This document shows, piece by piece, positions 1 through 9,759 of a stretch of DNA of 64,000 nucleotides. This stretch comes from a virus. The notes beneath the pieces were generated by a model, which saw nothing but the letters and a program-made list of their open reading frames with translations, ran no database searches and was not told the origin of the DNA. The translations under genes were made by a program, and so were the position numbers. Numbering within the stretch: the stretch's first letter is position 1; each line of letters opens with the position of its first letter. Location: positions 79,094 through 143,093 of the IMG/VR virus record IMGVR_UViG_3300046791_000499. One strand, 5' to 3'.

Positions 1-334
1 CCACCGCGGCGAACAGCGGCAGCACGACGGTGCTCCCCACGGCTGCCAGCTTCGGACCGATCCTCGGGGTCAGCAGCAGTTCGAGGCTTGAGCCCTCGGC
101 GACGCCGTTGGTGCCGGGAGCCGCCGAAATGAACTTCGAGTTGTAGTTGCCCGCGCCATCATCCCACGCGTCCTTCATGACGTTAGCGAAGGTGCGCAGG
201 AGGTCCGCTGCAGGGCCGTTCTCGACGTCGATGTTGGCGCTGGTCTCGGCCTTGTACTTGTTCTGCAGGTCGAGCAGGACCATGTCGTAGGTAGCCGGCA
301 GCCAGCCGGTTGTCGTGTCATAGCCGAAGGACAT
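1..334 (-). CDS. Baseplate J-like wedge protein, N-terminal part (continues out of the window)
   Basis: My translation from ATG 334 (MSFGYDTTTGWLPATYDMVLLDLQNKY...AEGSSLELL) is open to base 1; directly follows the gp25/W-like gene. Confidence 0.7.
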   Translation of the reverse strand, partial: MSFGYDTTTGWLPATYDMVLLDLQNKYKAETSANIDVENGPAADLLRTFANVMKDAWDDGAGNYNSKFISAAPGTNGVAEGSSLELLLTPRIGPKLAAVGSTVVLPLFAAV

Positions 335-337
335 GAT

Positions 338-709
338 CTACGTTCCGATCTCGATTGATGTACCAGTGATCGTCCGAAAGGTCACTTTGATCGTGACCCT
401 TGGACCGTTCGCCGCTTCGTTGTCCACCGTCACGATGGGCCCCGCAACGACCGACTCGACTCGCGGATGAGCCAGTACGACGTCACGCACGAGCGCACCG
501 CGTTCCTCATCGCTCGTGTTGGGATCCAGGATCCGGTCGTAGTCCAAGCCCTCATCGGTGTTGAACACGTACTTGCCGAACGGCGTGGCCAGTTGCAGGT
601 AGACCTCGACCCGCGTGGCGTTGTCGTCGTCCGTCGTGTAGGCCAGCGGGCGGACGAGTTCACCAGCGTTGGCGCCGGTCGTGTACATGTCGAGCGTCAT
701 GCCGGCCAT
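338..709 (-). CDS. Baseplate wedge gp25/gpW-like protein
   Basis: L-x-T-x-x-G-x-Y-x-F-N-x-x-x-G-L-D-Y motif; 123 aa; precedes J-like gene. Confidence 0.75.
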   Translation of the reverse strand: MAGMTLDMYTTGANAGELVRPLAYTTDDDNATRVEVYLQLATPFGKYVFNTDEGLDYDRILDPNTSDEERGALVRDVVLAHPRVESVVAGPIVTVDNEAANGPRVTIKVTFRTITGTSIEIGT

Positions 710-945
710 GGGTCATCTCCGATATCGGCCAAACACTGTGGTCGGCGATGGTGCGGGTGGCTGAAATACCGGTCCAACGCTGGCTTCGTGAGCGCAACAG
801 GCGGGCCAAGATTTGGAAGCACCTCGCCGTCGATGCCCATCAAGAGTTCATGTGCGTGCCCCTCGTGCGTGACCCAAGCACACGAAAACCGGCCGGTGGT
901 TCCGCGGCCAGCCAAATAGGCCATGAGTTGCGCTTCGTCCATCAA
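697..945 (-). CDS. Small hypothetical protein within baseplate cluster
   Basis: Start overlaps hub stop; fills the gap between hub and gpW. Confidence 0.45.
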   Translation of the reverse strand: MMDEAQLMAYLAGRGTTGRFSCAWVTHEGHAHELLMGIDGEVLPNLGPPVALTKPALDRYFSHPHHRRPQCLADIGDDPWPA

Positions 946-1985
946 AACACTCCCGGAATCGTCTGTAGTTCGTCGAGTTCGAGACGAGTCTCGCCGCCGC
1001 TATTCGTGTCCACCGTGGTCGTAGCGACCTCGATCCGGTAGTTCGCCGTGCGGGTGGGCGTGATCATCGTGACTGCTCGACCGGGCGCGGCGCCGGGCTG
1101 AGCCCATGTACGGACCGCCATCTTGAACGCATCGACGGCCTCGGGCTCGCCGAAGATGTTGCCCGCTGCTGACGAGAGTTCGATCGGCGGGAAGCCGGTG
1201 AGCACGCTCGTCGAGTCGAGGAACAGCAACTCGCCGTTCTGCACCGACCATCGAAGCTGCAGCGCGTCCATGATCTGCTGGACCTGTGGCCGCGCCGGAC
1301 CCGAGGCGTTGTAGCCACCGAGCAGTTTGAGATCGGCGGGCGGCAGGTTCTTGGCGATCATCGCAGCTTGAAGCTGTTGGAGAAGCCGAGCCCGATCCGC
1401 GGTCAGCCCACACGCGGCGATCAGATCCATGATGACGTCGACGACGTTGGTGCCGGGCTTGTAGCTCTTGCCCACGAAGGGCACGACGCCCGCGCCGGCA
1501 GATTGGATCGCCTCGCCGGCTCCGAGCAGGTGAGCCCCATCCTGTACCTCGATCGTCAGGACTTGGTCCCGGCCATCGGGGGCGTAGCGCATCTTGCTCG
1601 ACTGCCCGATGAACCCCACCGACAAGGCCGCGAGCATGTTGGGCGCTTCGCTGTCCGTGAATCCCCACGACAGTTCGACCGAGCCGAGTCCGTAGATCTC
1701 GCTGATCATTTCGATCGTCGCCCCCGACTTCCCAAGCTCGAACAGTTGCGCTCGCTCGGTCGCAGTCCAGTCGGTTCGCGAGCGCACCACCCCGATGATC
1801 AAAGCCGCGGTGAGAGGCGCGGGGTTGTAGAACTGGATCTGCGCGGTGTTGGGCTCAGATCGCAGCGACCTCGTGACGGTGAAGCGGATGCGCGGCTGGA
1901 CGCCAAGCGGGTCGGGGTTCAACGAATCGAAGTACCCCGCGGCGTTCGTGATCCGCAACCGTGCAACGCAGATCGGCGAGCCCAT
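942..1985 (-). CDS. Baseplate hub protein
   Basis: RIRFTVTRSLRSEPNTAQIQFYN and WSVQNGEL motifs typical of this hub family; position. Confidence 0.75.
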   Translation of the reverse strand: MGSPICVARLRITNAAGYFDSLNPDPLGVQPRIRFTVTRSLRSEPNTAQIQFYNPAPLTAALIIGVVRSRTDWTATERAQLFELGKSGATIEMISEIYGLGSVELSWGFTDSEAPNMLAALSVGFIGQSSKMRYAPDGRDQVLTIEVQDGAHLLGAGEAIQSAGAGVVPFVGKSYKPGTNVVDVIMDLIAACGLTADRARLLQQLQAAMIAKNLPPADLKLLGGYNASGPARPQVQQIMDALQLRWSVQNGELLFLDSTSVLTGFPPIELSSAAGNIFGEPEAVDAFKMAVRTWAQPGAAPGRAVTMITPTRTANYRIEVATTTVDTNSGGETRLELDELQTIPGVF

Positions 1986-1988
1986 GGG

Positions 1989-2339
1989 TCAAGTCCCCAC
2001 GTCCGCTGCGGGGATGTAGACGAGCCGCACGCCAGATTCGCGCTTCAAGTCGTCGCGCCCGGGGTCAAGCTGGTTGCGGGTCGTGTCCCACACGCGGAGC
2101 TTTCCCGCGCCGTTGCCTGGGTACGCGCTGGTGTTGAGCGACTCCAGAACGTCCTCGCCGTGCCGAAGCACGAGACCAGCTCGGAGCAGGACCCGGTCGG
2201 CGTCGTAGATCGAGAGCGTCCAGAACTGCTCACCCTCGACCCAGAAAACCTCGAGCACGTAGAAGCGCCCGTCGAGTCGGGTCCGAACACGCGAACCGCC
2301 GCGGTCTCCGATGGCAAGATTGACGAACTGCTTGGCCAT
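1989..2339 (-). CDS. Small baseplate (plug-like) protein
   Basis: 116 aa, LDG-x-x-Y-x-L...W-x-L-S-I-x-D and terminal LVY pattern; between Dit-like and hub genes. Confidence 0.65.
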   Translation of the reverse strand: MAKQFVNLAIGDRGGSRVRTRLDGRFYVLEVFWVEGEQFWTLSIYDADRVLLRAGLVLRHGEDVLESLNTSAYPGNGAGKLRVWDTTRNQLDPGRDDLKRESGVRLVYIPAADVGT

Positions 2340-2342
2340 GGG

Positions 2343-2930
2343 TCACCCGGGGATCGTCGCGGCGAGGTCGGCGGGTACGGTTTCGGTGCTCTGCTGTCCG
2401 GCGTCAACGATGCCATCAACGCTGTCCGTGATACCTGGGTCCGTTGCCGAGGGCACGGTCGTGAACGAGGTAGAGAAGCGCGAGACCTCCTTGAGCGTGA
2501 TCACGCCGCGCCACGCCTGGACCGTGAAGCCGCCGTTCAATTCGACGGTCTTGCCATCTTCAATGTTGGAGATGACCCACACGCGAGCCCCCGTGGGTGC
2601 ACGCCAGAGCTTCTTGCCGTCAAAGAAGGTGACCTCGGTGCCGAGTTCTTGCAGTAGATACAGTTGCTTGAGGATGACGTCGACGTGGCCTGGCGCGGGC
2701 TCCCACAGCCCGACGATCCCCGAGCCCGCGATCGGCTCCGCGTCGCTCAGCACGACCGTGACCTGGATCTGATACGGCACGCGCTGCCGATGGTTGGCGA
2801 TCGGGGCTCCGCGCTCGAGCGCCGTGTTCGTCATGTCGAAGTCGCGAGGCGCTCGAATGTCCTCGATCACGTCGATGTGAACGACACCAATGCGTCCAGG
2901 GAGCCCGGTGCTGGCGTAAGCAAACGGCAT
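2343..2930 (-). CDS. Dit-like / tube-initiator baseplate protein
   Basis: T-x-x-x-L-E-x-G-A-x-I-x-x-H motif, ITLKEV; position. Confidence 0.65.
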   Translation of the reverse strand: MPFAYASTGLPGRIGVVHIDVIEDIRAPRDFDMTNTALERGAPIANHRQRVPYQIQVTVVLSDAEPIAGSGIVGLWEPAPGHVDVILKQLYLLQELGTEVTFFDGKKLWRAPTGARVWVISNIEDGKTVELNGGFTVQAWRGVITLKEVSRFSTSFTTVPSATDPGITDSVDGIVDAGQQSTETVPADLAATIPG

Positions 2931-2933
2931 GGC

Positions 2934-3722
2934 CTACTCGCCCTTCGCTTTCAGAGTCTCAGGCGAATTCAGACCGATCGCGGTGTTCCATGCGGTCTGC
3001 GCTGTGGTGGCGCCCGTAAAGGCTGGTCCGGCGCCAGCGGCCACGAGAGCGTTGAGCATCGATGTCATCGCCGAACTCAACGCAGCCCAGTTGGTGAGCG
3101 ACAGCGCAGCCGGACCGCCTATGGTCACCGATTGCCCCGTGGGAACATCGATCGCAACCGAGCCCGAGGCGCTCAGCGTTATGGTGGCCGAGACCACCCC
3201 AGCCTTGGTGAGCGTCAGGACCCCGTCCGGTCCCACTCGAAGCGCATCCCCGACCGGGCCTTGGAGCACCCAGTCTTCGTCTTCGTCGGTGACCGAGGCC
3301 GGTGGTTGCGGCGTCGGCGGGGTAATTCGGAAGGGCAGCACCACCGCGTCGGAGAGATCATGGTGCCGCTGGTCGAGCGAGTGCGCCTGGCCGACGAGTT
3401 TGGTCTGCCTCCATCGCTCGGAGTTGCGATCCGAGCAGACGGCGAGGCACTCGTCGCCGGCCGTCATCGGCCAACGCATGGAGAATCCTCCACCGCCTGG
3501 GAAGGCGACTGGGGCGCTCGGAGCCTGTCCATCGCCTTTCTCTTCGCCGCCGCGCCGCGAGCCGATGCCAGCATCAAAGTCGACGTCCATCTCGCCGAGG
3601 GCCTGTCGCGCGATCGCTGCGATCTTGCCGAGCACGACGGTCCGCGCGTTGCGGATCTTCTCGTCGATGACGACGGCGATCGCCTCGATCAGCACGCCCG
3701 CGTCACCAGTCTTGGCCGTCAT
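2934..3722 (-). CDS. Baseplate spike / puncturing protein (gpV/Gp138-like)
   Basis: PVAFPGGGGF...GDECLAVCSDR...RHHDLSDAV Gp138-type N-terminus; beta-rich C-terminus. Confidence 0.8.
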   Translation of the reverse strand: MTAKTGDAGVLIEAIAVVIDEKIRNARTVVLGKIAAIARQALGEMDVDFDAGIGSRRGGEEKGDGQAPSAPVAFPGGGGFSMRWPMTAGDECLAVCSDRNSERWRQTKLVGQAHSLDQRHHDLSDAVVLPFRITPPTPQPPASVTDEDEDWVLQGPVGDALRVGPDGVLTLTKAGVVSATITLSASGSVAIDVPTGQSVTIGGPAALSLTNWAALSSAMTSMLNALVAAGAGPAFTGATTAQTAWNTAIGLNSPETLKAKGE

Positions 3723-6523
3723 TGGACCCCCGGGATCGTCCGCCCACCGCCGTGCGCAGCGAGCAGCCTCTTGCCCTGCAGCTCGAACATCGCAGCCACG
3801 AGCGCGGGCAAGTCTTCCAACTTGGCGAGCATCGCGTCCCGAGCCTGATTCGCGGCATCCTGCATCGCATCGTTCTCCTCGACCGAACCCGCACCGTGGA
3901 TGGTGATCGTGAGGTTCTCGATCAGTTTGATGATCGGGGCGATTGTGATCAAGAGCGTTTGCGGTGGCGGCCTGCCTTCGAGCACCGAGCCTGGACCGCG
4001 AAGCCCGAGCATGTCGAGGATGTTCTTGGACGCCCCGTCGAAGATCCGGCCGGCCTGGCGAAAGCGCTCCTCGAGTTCCTTGGCCCGCGTGCGACCGGCC
4101 TCGCGTGCGAGCGCGACGGCTTGATCTGGATCGGTGCCGCCAGCGATCAGGCGTTCGAGTTCACGCTGAGCGAACTCCTCGGCCTGTTTCTCGGCCGCCT
4201 TTTTCACGTCCTCCTCGAATTGGAAGAACGTGTCGCCCTTCCCCTTCTTTCCCTTCTTCCCCTTGGCTGCGCCCTTGACCTTGCCGATCTGGCCAACGGC
4301 TGCCTCGGCCGCGGCGTCGGCTGAACCAGTCGAGGCAAAGGTGGCGGTCGCGGTCTCGAACGCTTTCTGGCGCGTCGCTCGATTGCCCTCCAACACGGCC
4401 GCTCGCGCAGCTCGGCCAGCAGCGTCAGCATCCCCGCCGCGCTTTTTGGCCTCGGCTCGGGCTGTCTTCTCAGCTGAGTCCGCTCGGACCCGCTCCGCCT
4501 TCGCCACAGCGTCGTATACCTGGCGGCCCTCGGCGGTGAACAACTTGGAGGCTCCCTGCTCGGCCTGCTCGGCTGTGCCCTTCGAGAGCTGATTGAGCCG
4601 GAAATTGGCCTCATTCACGTCAGTCTCGGCGAGAAGACCCGCGCCCAGCCCTCCAACCGCACCCTGCACACGAGCCTTTGTCGCCTTCTCGCGTTCCTGT
4701 TTCTGCTTGTCGTACGCCTGGTTGCGCTCAAACCTCGCTCGCTCCATCGCGTCGATGTTGGCGTTGGTCTGCCGGATCGATGCTTCGAGCGCCTTGATCT
4801 CCCGCTCGCTCTCCGAGATCGAATCGTTCAAACCCGTGATGTCGGCTACGGCACTTGCGGCCATGTTGCCGAGCGCGAGACCAACAGCACCAGCCGCCAC
4901 GACCAGGCCAGCCGGCCCCATCATCGCCGTGGACATGCCGACGATCAGGAGCGTGGCGTTGATGAGAGCGTTCTCCATCCCGCCCGAGATCTCGATGAAG
5001 CTCTGGATCGCATCGATGATCATGCCGACCGCCTCGGCCCCACCAACCACCGCATCGTAGAAGGCGTCTAGCGCCCCGCCGACATCCTCTGGCGAGACCG
5101 ATCCGATGAACTCGCGGACCGCTTCGATGGCCGTGACGAGTGCATCCGACAGCACTTGCGCAAAGCCGCCGCTCTCGGAGAACCGGCCATTCAGATCTGT
5201 GATCAGGCCCTTGAAGGCATCGAGCGCGCCGGCCTGTGAGACCTGGTCGAAGAACTGCGCGATGCCGTCCTTCAAGTTCGAGATCATGCCGGCAGCGGTC
5301 TCGGTTTGGTTCGCCATCGAGCCGGCGAACTCGGTCTCGCCAAGGCCCTTCAAATAGGCGCTGATCTCGTCAGAGCTTTTGCCGACCGTGGTGGTCAGGC
5401 CCTTGAACGTGAAGGCGACCTTGTCTCCTTGGGTCGACGCCTTGATCCCGAATTCTTTGAGCCGCTCGAACTCGCCGGTACTGGCGTCGGCGACAGCCTC
5501 GACGAACTCGATGATCGGCTTGCCCTGCGCCGCGGCGATGTTACCGAACGCGGTGAGCGATTCGGTCGACGCATCCAGGCCGATGTTTTTGAGCCGGATA
5601 TAGGCGGTGGTGACCTCCTCAAGCTCGAATGGTGTGGTCTTGGCGAACTGCTGGATCAGACCGAACGCCGCGCTCGCACCCTCGGCCGAGCCCTCGACGG
5701 TCTTGAGTCGCGACCGGAGCGACTCGAAGTTGACTCCGGTCGAGAGCACGGCGGTGCCCAGGGCCGCGACCCCGATCGCACCAATGGAGGCGACGCGACC
5801 AACCGTTGCCGCGATCCCGCCGATGTCGCTCGCGGTGCTGCGCAGGATCTCTCGGCGACGATCCCGAGTCGATGCCTCATCGTTCAGATCGTCGAGCCGA
5901 CGACGCTTGCGGTCCAGGAACAGCCGCGCGTCATCGTCGATCATCTTGTGATGCGACCGCTGACGATCCGAGGCGACCTGTTCGGAGTGCTTCCGGTTGT
6001 CCTCCGTTGCCCGCTCTCGGCTGACCCGTAGCTTGTCGAGCGCTCGCCCTTCCGAGGCCGCGATCCTCTGCGACGCTTTCTCCTCTGCCGCCGCCGCTCG
6101 CTCGGATGCTCGGATGCGTGCGGCGATCTGCTTGTCCGACGCTGCGATAATCCGCTCGGACGCGCGCTCGTGGGCGGCGGCCTGCTTCGCGGCGAGAGAG
6201 TCCTCCTTGTCGGCGGCCTTCTCAGCGCTCGAGACCGCTTTCAAGAAGTCGGTCTCAGCCCGAACCGCAGCCTTCGCCCGGGTCGCCGCGGCTTTCTCGG
6301 CTGCCTTCGCAGCGCGCTCGGTCTCCTTGGCGAGCTGCCGTTCGGCGACCGCAGCCTTGGCCGCCGTGCGCTCTGACTCACCGAGTGAGCGGTCGAGATC
6401 GTCGGTTGCTCCGGCCGCTCGCTTCGATGTCCTGCTGAGCTTCTCCGCGTCGGCGTCGGCCTCCTTGAAGCCCTCGCCGTTGTACTTGGTGACGATGGAG
6501 ATGATGAAGCGGCGCAGTTCCAT
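3719..6523 (-). CDS. Tail tape measure protein
   Basis: 934 aa Ala-rich helical; FAKTTPFELEEV...GEFERLKEFGI tape-measure domain; hydrophobic segments. Confidence 0.9.
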   Translation of the reverse strand: MELRRFIISIVTKYNGEGFKEADADAEKLSRTSKRAAGATDDLDRSLGESERTAAKAAVAERQLAKETERAAKAAEKAAATRAKAAVRAETDFLKAVSSAEKAADKEDSLAAKQAAAHERASERIIAASDKQIAARIRASERAAAAEEKASQRIAASEGRALDKLRVSRERATEDNRKHSEQVASDRQRSHHKMIDDDARLFLDRKRRRLDDLNDEASTRDRRREILRSTASDIGGIAATVGRVASIGAIGVAALGTAVLSTGVNFESLRSRLKTVEGSAEGASAAFGLIQQFAKTTPFELEEVTTAYIRLKNIGLDASTESLTAFGNIAAAQGKPIIEFVEAVADASTGEFERLKEFGIKASTQGDKVAFTFKGLTTTVGKSSDEISAYLKGLGETEFAGSMANQTETAAGMISNLKDGIAQFFDQVSQAGALDAFKGLITDLNGRFSESGGFAQVLSDALVTAIEAVREFIGSVSPEDVGGALDAFYDAVVGGAEAVGMIIDAIQSFIEISGGMENALINATLLIVGMSTAMMGPAGLVVAAGAVGLALGNMAASAVADITGLNDSISESEREIKALEASIRQTNANIDAMERARFERNQAYDKQKQEREKATKARVQGAVGGLGAGLLAETDVNEANFRLNQLSKGTAEQAEQGASKLFTAEGRQVYDAVAKAERVRADSAEKTARAEAKKRGGDADAAGRAARAAVLEGNRATRQKAFETATATFASTGSADAAAEAAVGQIGKVKGAAKGKKGKKGKGDTFFQFEEDVKKAAEKQAEEFAQRELERLIAGGTDPDQAVALAREAGRTRAKELEERFRQAGRIFDGASKNILDMLGLRGPGSVLEGRPPPQTLLITIAPIIKLIENLTITIHGAGSVEENDAMQDAANQARDAMLAKLEDLPALVAAMFELQGKRLLAAHGGGRTIPGVQ

Positions 6524-6535
6524 GGCTCGTCTCCA

Positions 6536-7258
6536 TCACTTCTTCGCCGTCGACGTTGCATCCATCGCCCGGCGCTCGACCTCGGCAGCGTGAGCCGCGA
6601 TATCGACCTGGTCCATGAGCGCGACCGGGGTCCAGTCGGTGAGCACTTCATGGCTGCTGGCGACGTAGCCCATCTTGGCGAGGTTGGCCGCCCACTGCAC
6701 CGCGGTCGCTACCCCGGGAACCGGCACGCCGTAGTCTTTGGACTTGGGGCTGCGCAGCGAGTACGGCTTGCGGATCCACAGCGGTTGGAAGGTCTGCTCG
6801 ATCTGAAACGCCAAGACCTGCCAGCGGCCGAACGGGCCAAGCCCTGCCTGCGCCCACGTCGTCCAATCCTCGACCAGCACGTCGTCGACCTTGAGCCGGT
6901 CAAACACCATGCGCTCGAACACCTGCGCAAGCCAACGGCCTTCCAGGTTCGCACTCACGGCGCAGGCGGTCAGCATTTCGACCGTGCGGCGGACACCATC
7001 GGCTGCGATGTCGAGCCCTTGCTCGCGGTCGCGAACGGCGTCACCGATCGTGCCCGTGAACCCGTGGTCGGCCAGCACACCGCTCCACAGCGAGCCGACG
7101 ACGTTGCCTCGGGCAGCGAGCAGCATGACGAGCGGCTCACCGAACCGATCGATCAACTCGGGCTCGAGTTCAAACGCGGTGATCGGGTCGAGAACCTGTA
7201 GCCGGCAGCGTCGGCCGGTCACAGTGAGACGGCCCCACGGCTGCCGGTAGTAGGTCAC
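6536..7258 (-). CDS. Tail assembly chaperone-like protein 2 (G-T-like)
   Basis: GTG 7258 overlaps upstream TGA (GTGA); immediately before tape measure; resembles upstream gene. Confidence 0.6.
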   Translation of the reverse strand: MTYYRQPWGRLTVTGRRCRLQVLDPITAFELEPELIDRFGEPLVMLLAARGNVVGSLWSGVLADHGFTGTIGDAVRDREQGLDIAADGVRRTVEMLTACAVSANLEGRWLAQVFERMVFDRLKVDDVLVEDWTTWAQAGLGPFGRWQVLAFQIEQTFQPLWIRKPYSLRSPKSKDYGVPVPGVATAVQWAANLAKMGYVASSHEVLTDWTPVALMDQVDIAAHAAEVERRAMDATSTAKK

Positions 7259-7872
7259 CCGGATGCAGCCTCGCTTGGGGGCACGGCAGTCGGGGGATCG
7301 ACAGGCTTGGAGGTCGCGGCGACTGGGCGCGCGAAGCTGATCTCGTCGGCGTAGTTGAACCGCAACGACTCCGCGAGCAGGCGCCACTTGGTGGCCGGCG
7401 ACGAGCCCACGAGCACCGCGCCGAGCACCTTGTAGTCGGTGATCCTGATCTCGCCCCTACCGGTCTGGACCAGGGTCTTGTTGAACACGGCCAACTGCAT
7501 GAGGCGATGCAGGTCCTTGGGCTCGAGCCGGGCGAGCAGGACCGGGAACGCCTCGCCGAGAAGGCTGCCGGCCACGTCGGGGAGAACCTCGAGCAGCCGA
7601 GCCCACGCCCTGGCGATGCGACCGTCGGACGTGTCGAGGTCCCCGAGGTTGGCCAGGTCGAAGTCAGCCCCGGAGCCCGTGGTCTCGGCCAGGAACAGCG
7701 CGACCTCTTTGGCGAGCGCGTCGACGACGATGCCGACGCCTACGGCTGCCGCGGGACCGAGCACCCGAAGCAAGATGCACTCGATCTCGAACTGCTCTTC
7801 GGGACCCGTACGCGTGATGATCCACGTACGGTCGTCGAAGCTGAGCGTCTTCTTGGGGTCGATGCGATCCAT
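7255..7872 (-). CDS. Tail assembly chaperone-like protein 1
   Basis: Between tube and tape measure; RBS GAGGT upstream. Confidence 0.65.
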   Translation of the reverse strand: MDRIDPKKTLSFDDRTWIITRTGPEEQFEIECILLRVLGPAAAVGVGIVVDALAKEVALFLAETTGSGADFDLANLGDLDTSDGRIARAWARLLEVLPDVAGSLLGEAFPVLLARLEPKDLHRLMQLAVFNKTLVQTGRGEIRITDYKVLGAVLVGSSPATKWRLLAESLRFNYADEISFARPVAATSKPVDPPTAVPPSEAASG

Positions 7873-7884
7873 GGATTACCTCGA

Positions 7885-8358
7885 TCACGGCATCAACGAG
7901 ATGATCTCTTCTTGGGTCAACTGCGGCGGGTTCACCCACTTGCCGACCTGAGCGATCTGGAACACCCCGATCAGCGGCCAACTGACGACCTCGACGGTAT
8001 CGGCGTTGAAGTTTCGCGTCGGCTGGGCCTCGATCGAGACCGAGCCGGAGACGAACTTCGTGGTCTCGTAGGTCAGCGAGACCCCGAGGATCTTTCCGAA
8101 CTGCCGGATCGCCTTGACCGCCGCGAAGATGAACGAGTCGTCCTCGCTCATCGGCATGACGTTGACCGTGAACCGATAGGCGTTGGACCCGTTGATGATG
8201 TGCGCCGCCGTATTGTGAAGGCCGCCAATGAGCGCCGACTCTGGAGACATCTTCTCCAGGATGGCGATCGTCCCGACATCGGGCAGCGCCGTGATGCGCT
8301 TGCCGCTGATGTTCAGGAACAGATTCGATTGTTGGATGATGACGGTCTCGTTGGACAT
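7885..8358 (-). CDS. Tail tube protein (DUF3277-like)
   Basis: 157 aa beta-rich, directly after sheath; RBS GAGGT. Confidence 0.7.
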   Translation of the reverse strand: MSNETVIIQQSNLFLNISGKRITALPDVGTIAILEKMSPESALIGGLHNTAAHIINGSNAYRFTVNVMPMSEDDSFIFAAVKAIRQFGKILGVSLTYETTKFVSGSVSIEAQPTRNFNADTVEVVSWPLIGVFQIAQVGKWVNPPQLTQEEIISLMP

Positions 8359-8370
8359 GGCTCAGACCTC

Positions 8371-9747
8371 TCAGACGAGCGCGAACTCGGCTTCCACTCG
8401 CAGCGCCGCGAGCTTCGGGGTGATGGTGGCGGAGGCGAGGATGCGCCCGGTCGTCTTGAAGTCGCCGATCGAAAGTTCGGACGGCGGAAGCGTGGACAGA
8501 TCGAGCGGCTCGTAGGTCACGGTGAAGTCGTCGCGGATGACACCAGCGGTGACCAGCGGGATCATGTCCTGGCTGATCTTGTCGCAGACGCTCTGCAGCC
8601 CGGCCTTGTCGAGATTGACGCCAGCGTTCGACTGCAAGATCAAGTCGACGGTCTGGCGGATCGTGTACCACCACCAATCCTCGGCGTGGACTTGGTAAAT
8701 GAAATTGCCGCTGGAGACGTAGCCGCCGAGCGTGCGCAGGTCATCGGCCGGGCTGTAGAACCGCTCGGTGTATGACGTGAAGCGCTGGCGCATCGTCTGC
8801 GTCTGGCTGAGCGACCGAGCAGCGGTGATCGTCGTTTCGTCGCTGCCCTCCGTGACCAGGAAGTGCCAGGTCCGCGAGCCCGGGAACGCCCCGCCGACAC
8901 GGCCAACCCACGCGGCCGCCATGTAGTCGGTCGCCGTCGGGTGGCTCAGCAGGGCGGCACGCTTGTACTCGCCGTTGAACCAGTCCACCGCGATGTTGGT
9001 GGTGTCGCTGCCGTCGTAGACCCCGACGGTCGCGGTCTCGCCGATCATGACGTTGCGGCGGTTCACGACGTCGGCTCCCGCCCATCGGCGGCCTTCGTCG
9101 AGTTCGACGTCGAGCGCACCTGGCATGAGAACGCCCCAGAAATTCGAGAGCGGGTAGGCGGCGTCGAGATCCTCGAACGCCCCGACGTTGGCCACCGTCT
9201 CCGTCACGGTCGGAGCCGTACCGCCTGGTGCTGCCGACGTCGGCGTGAAGCCAACCCCTGGCACGTCGGCCGTGAGACTCAGCGTGTCGGTGTCTACGGA
9301 AGCAGCGGTGATCAGCGCGCCGTAGATGCCACCGTTGAAGGCGGCGACCAACCCGTCCTTGATCTGCGTCGTGGTCGAGCCGCTTGCGGCGAACGTCGCG
9401 GCGAGCGTCCCGTTGATGCTGACGGTGTGGTTGCCGTCGGTCGTGGAGATGATGTCCACGGTCCAGACGTTGGCGACCGGGTTCTCGCGCTTGATCAGGA
9501 CGATCCGAGAAACGGCGGTGGCGGTCGGCTCCTGGCTGAATAGTTGGACCGCAGCGTTGAAGGCCGCGTCACCGGTGTCCCAGCCATCCTCCTCCATGAG
9601 CGCGGTCGACGAGTAGTCCGTCGTCTTCGCGGTGATGCCGGCAGGAACGGCGGGTGCCACAATCGCGAAGATCCGTGGGGTGTCCGGCGGTTCGGGTGGA
9701 ACCTGATTGAGCTGCGAATTGATTGCGATCCAGTCGATTGCGGGCAT
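8371..9747 (-). CDS. Tail sheath protein (DUF3383-like)
   Basis: 458 aa; AAVQLFSQEP, PGSRTWHF, SGNFI..., LVTAGVI motifs of DUF3383 sheaths. Confidence 0.8.
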   Translation of the reverse strand: MPAIDWIAINSQLNQVPPEPPDTPRIFAIVAPAVPAGITAKTTDYSSTALMEEDGWDTGDAAFNAAVQLFSQEPTATAVSRIVLIKRENPVANVWTVDIISTTDGNHTVSINGTLAATFAASGSTTTQIKDGLVAAFNGGIYGALITAASVDTDTLSLTADVPGVGFTPTSAAPGGTAPTVTETVANVGAFEDLDAAYPLSNFWGVLMPGALDVELDEGRRWAGADVVNRRNVMIGETATVGVYDGSDTTNIAVDWFNGEYKRAALLSHPTATDYMAAAWVGRVGGAFPGSRTWHFLVTEGSDETTITAARSLSQTQTMRQRFTSYTERFYSPADDLRTLGGYVSSGNFIYQVHAEDWWWYTIRQTVDLILQSNAGVNLDKAGLQSVCDKISQDMIPLVTAGVIRDDFTVTYEPLDLSTLPPSELSIGDFKTTGRILASATITPKLAALRVEAEFALV

Positions 9748-9759
9748 GTCGGTCTCCTA

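Noticed and set aside
7255-7387. Programmed -1 frameshift between tail chaperones
   Set aside because: Frames overlap, but no clear XXXYYYZ site was found and a GTGA-coupled start explains the second gene; not fully excluded
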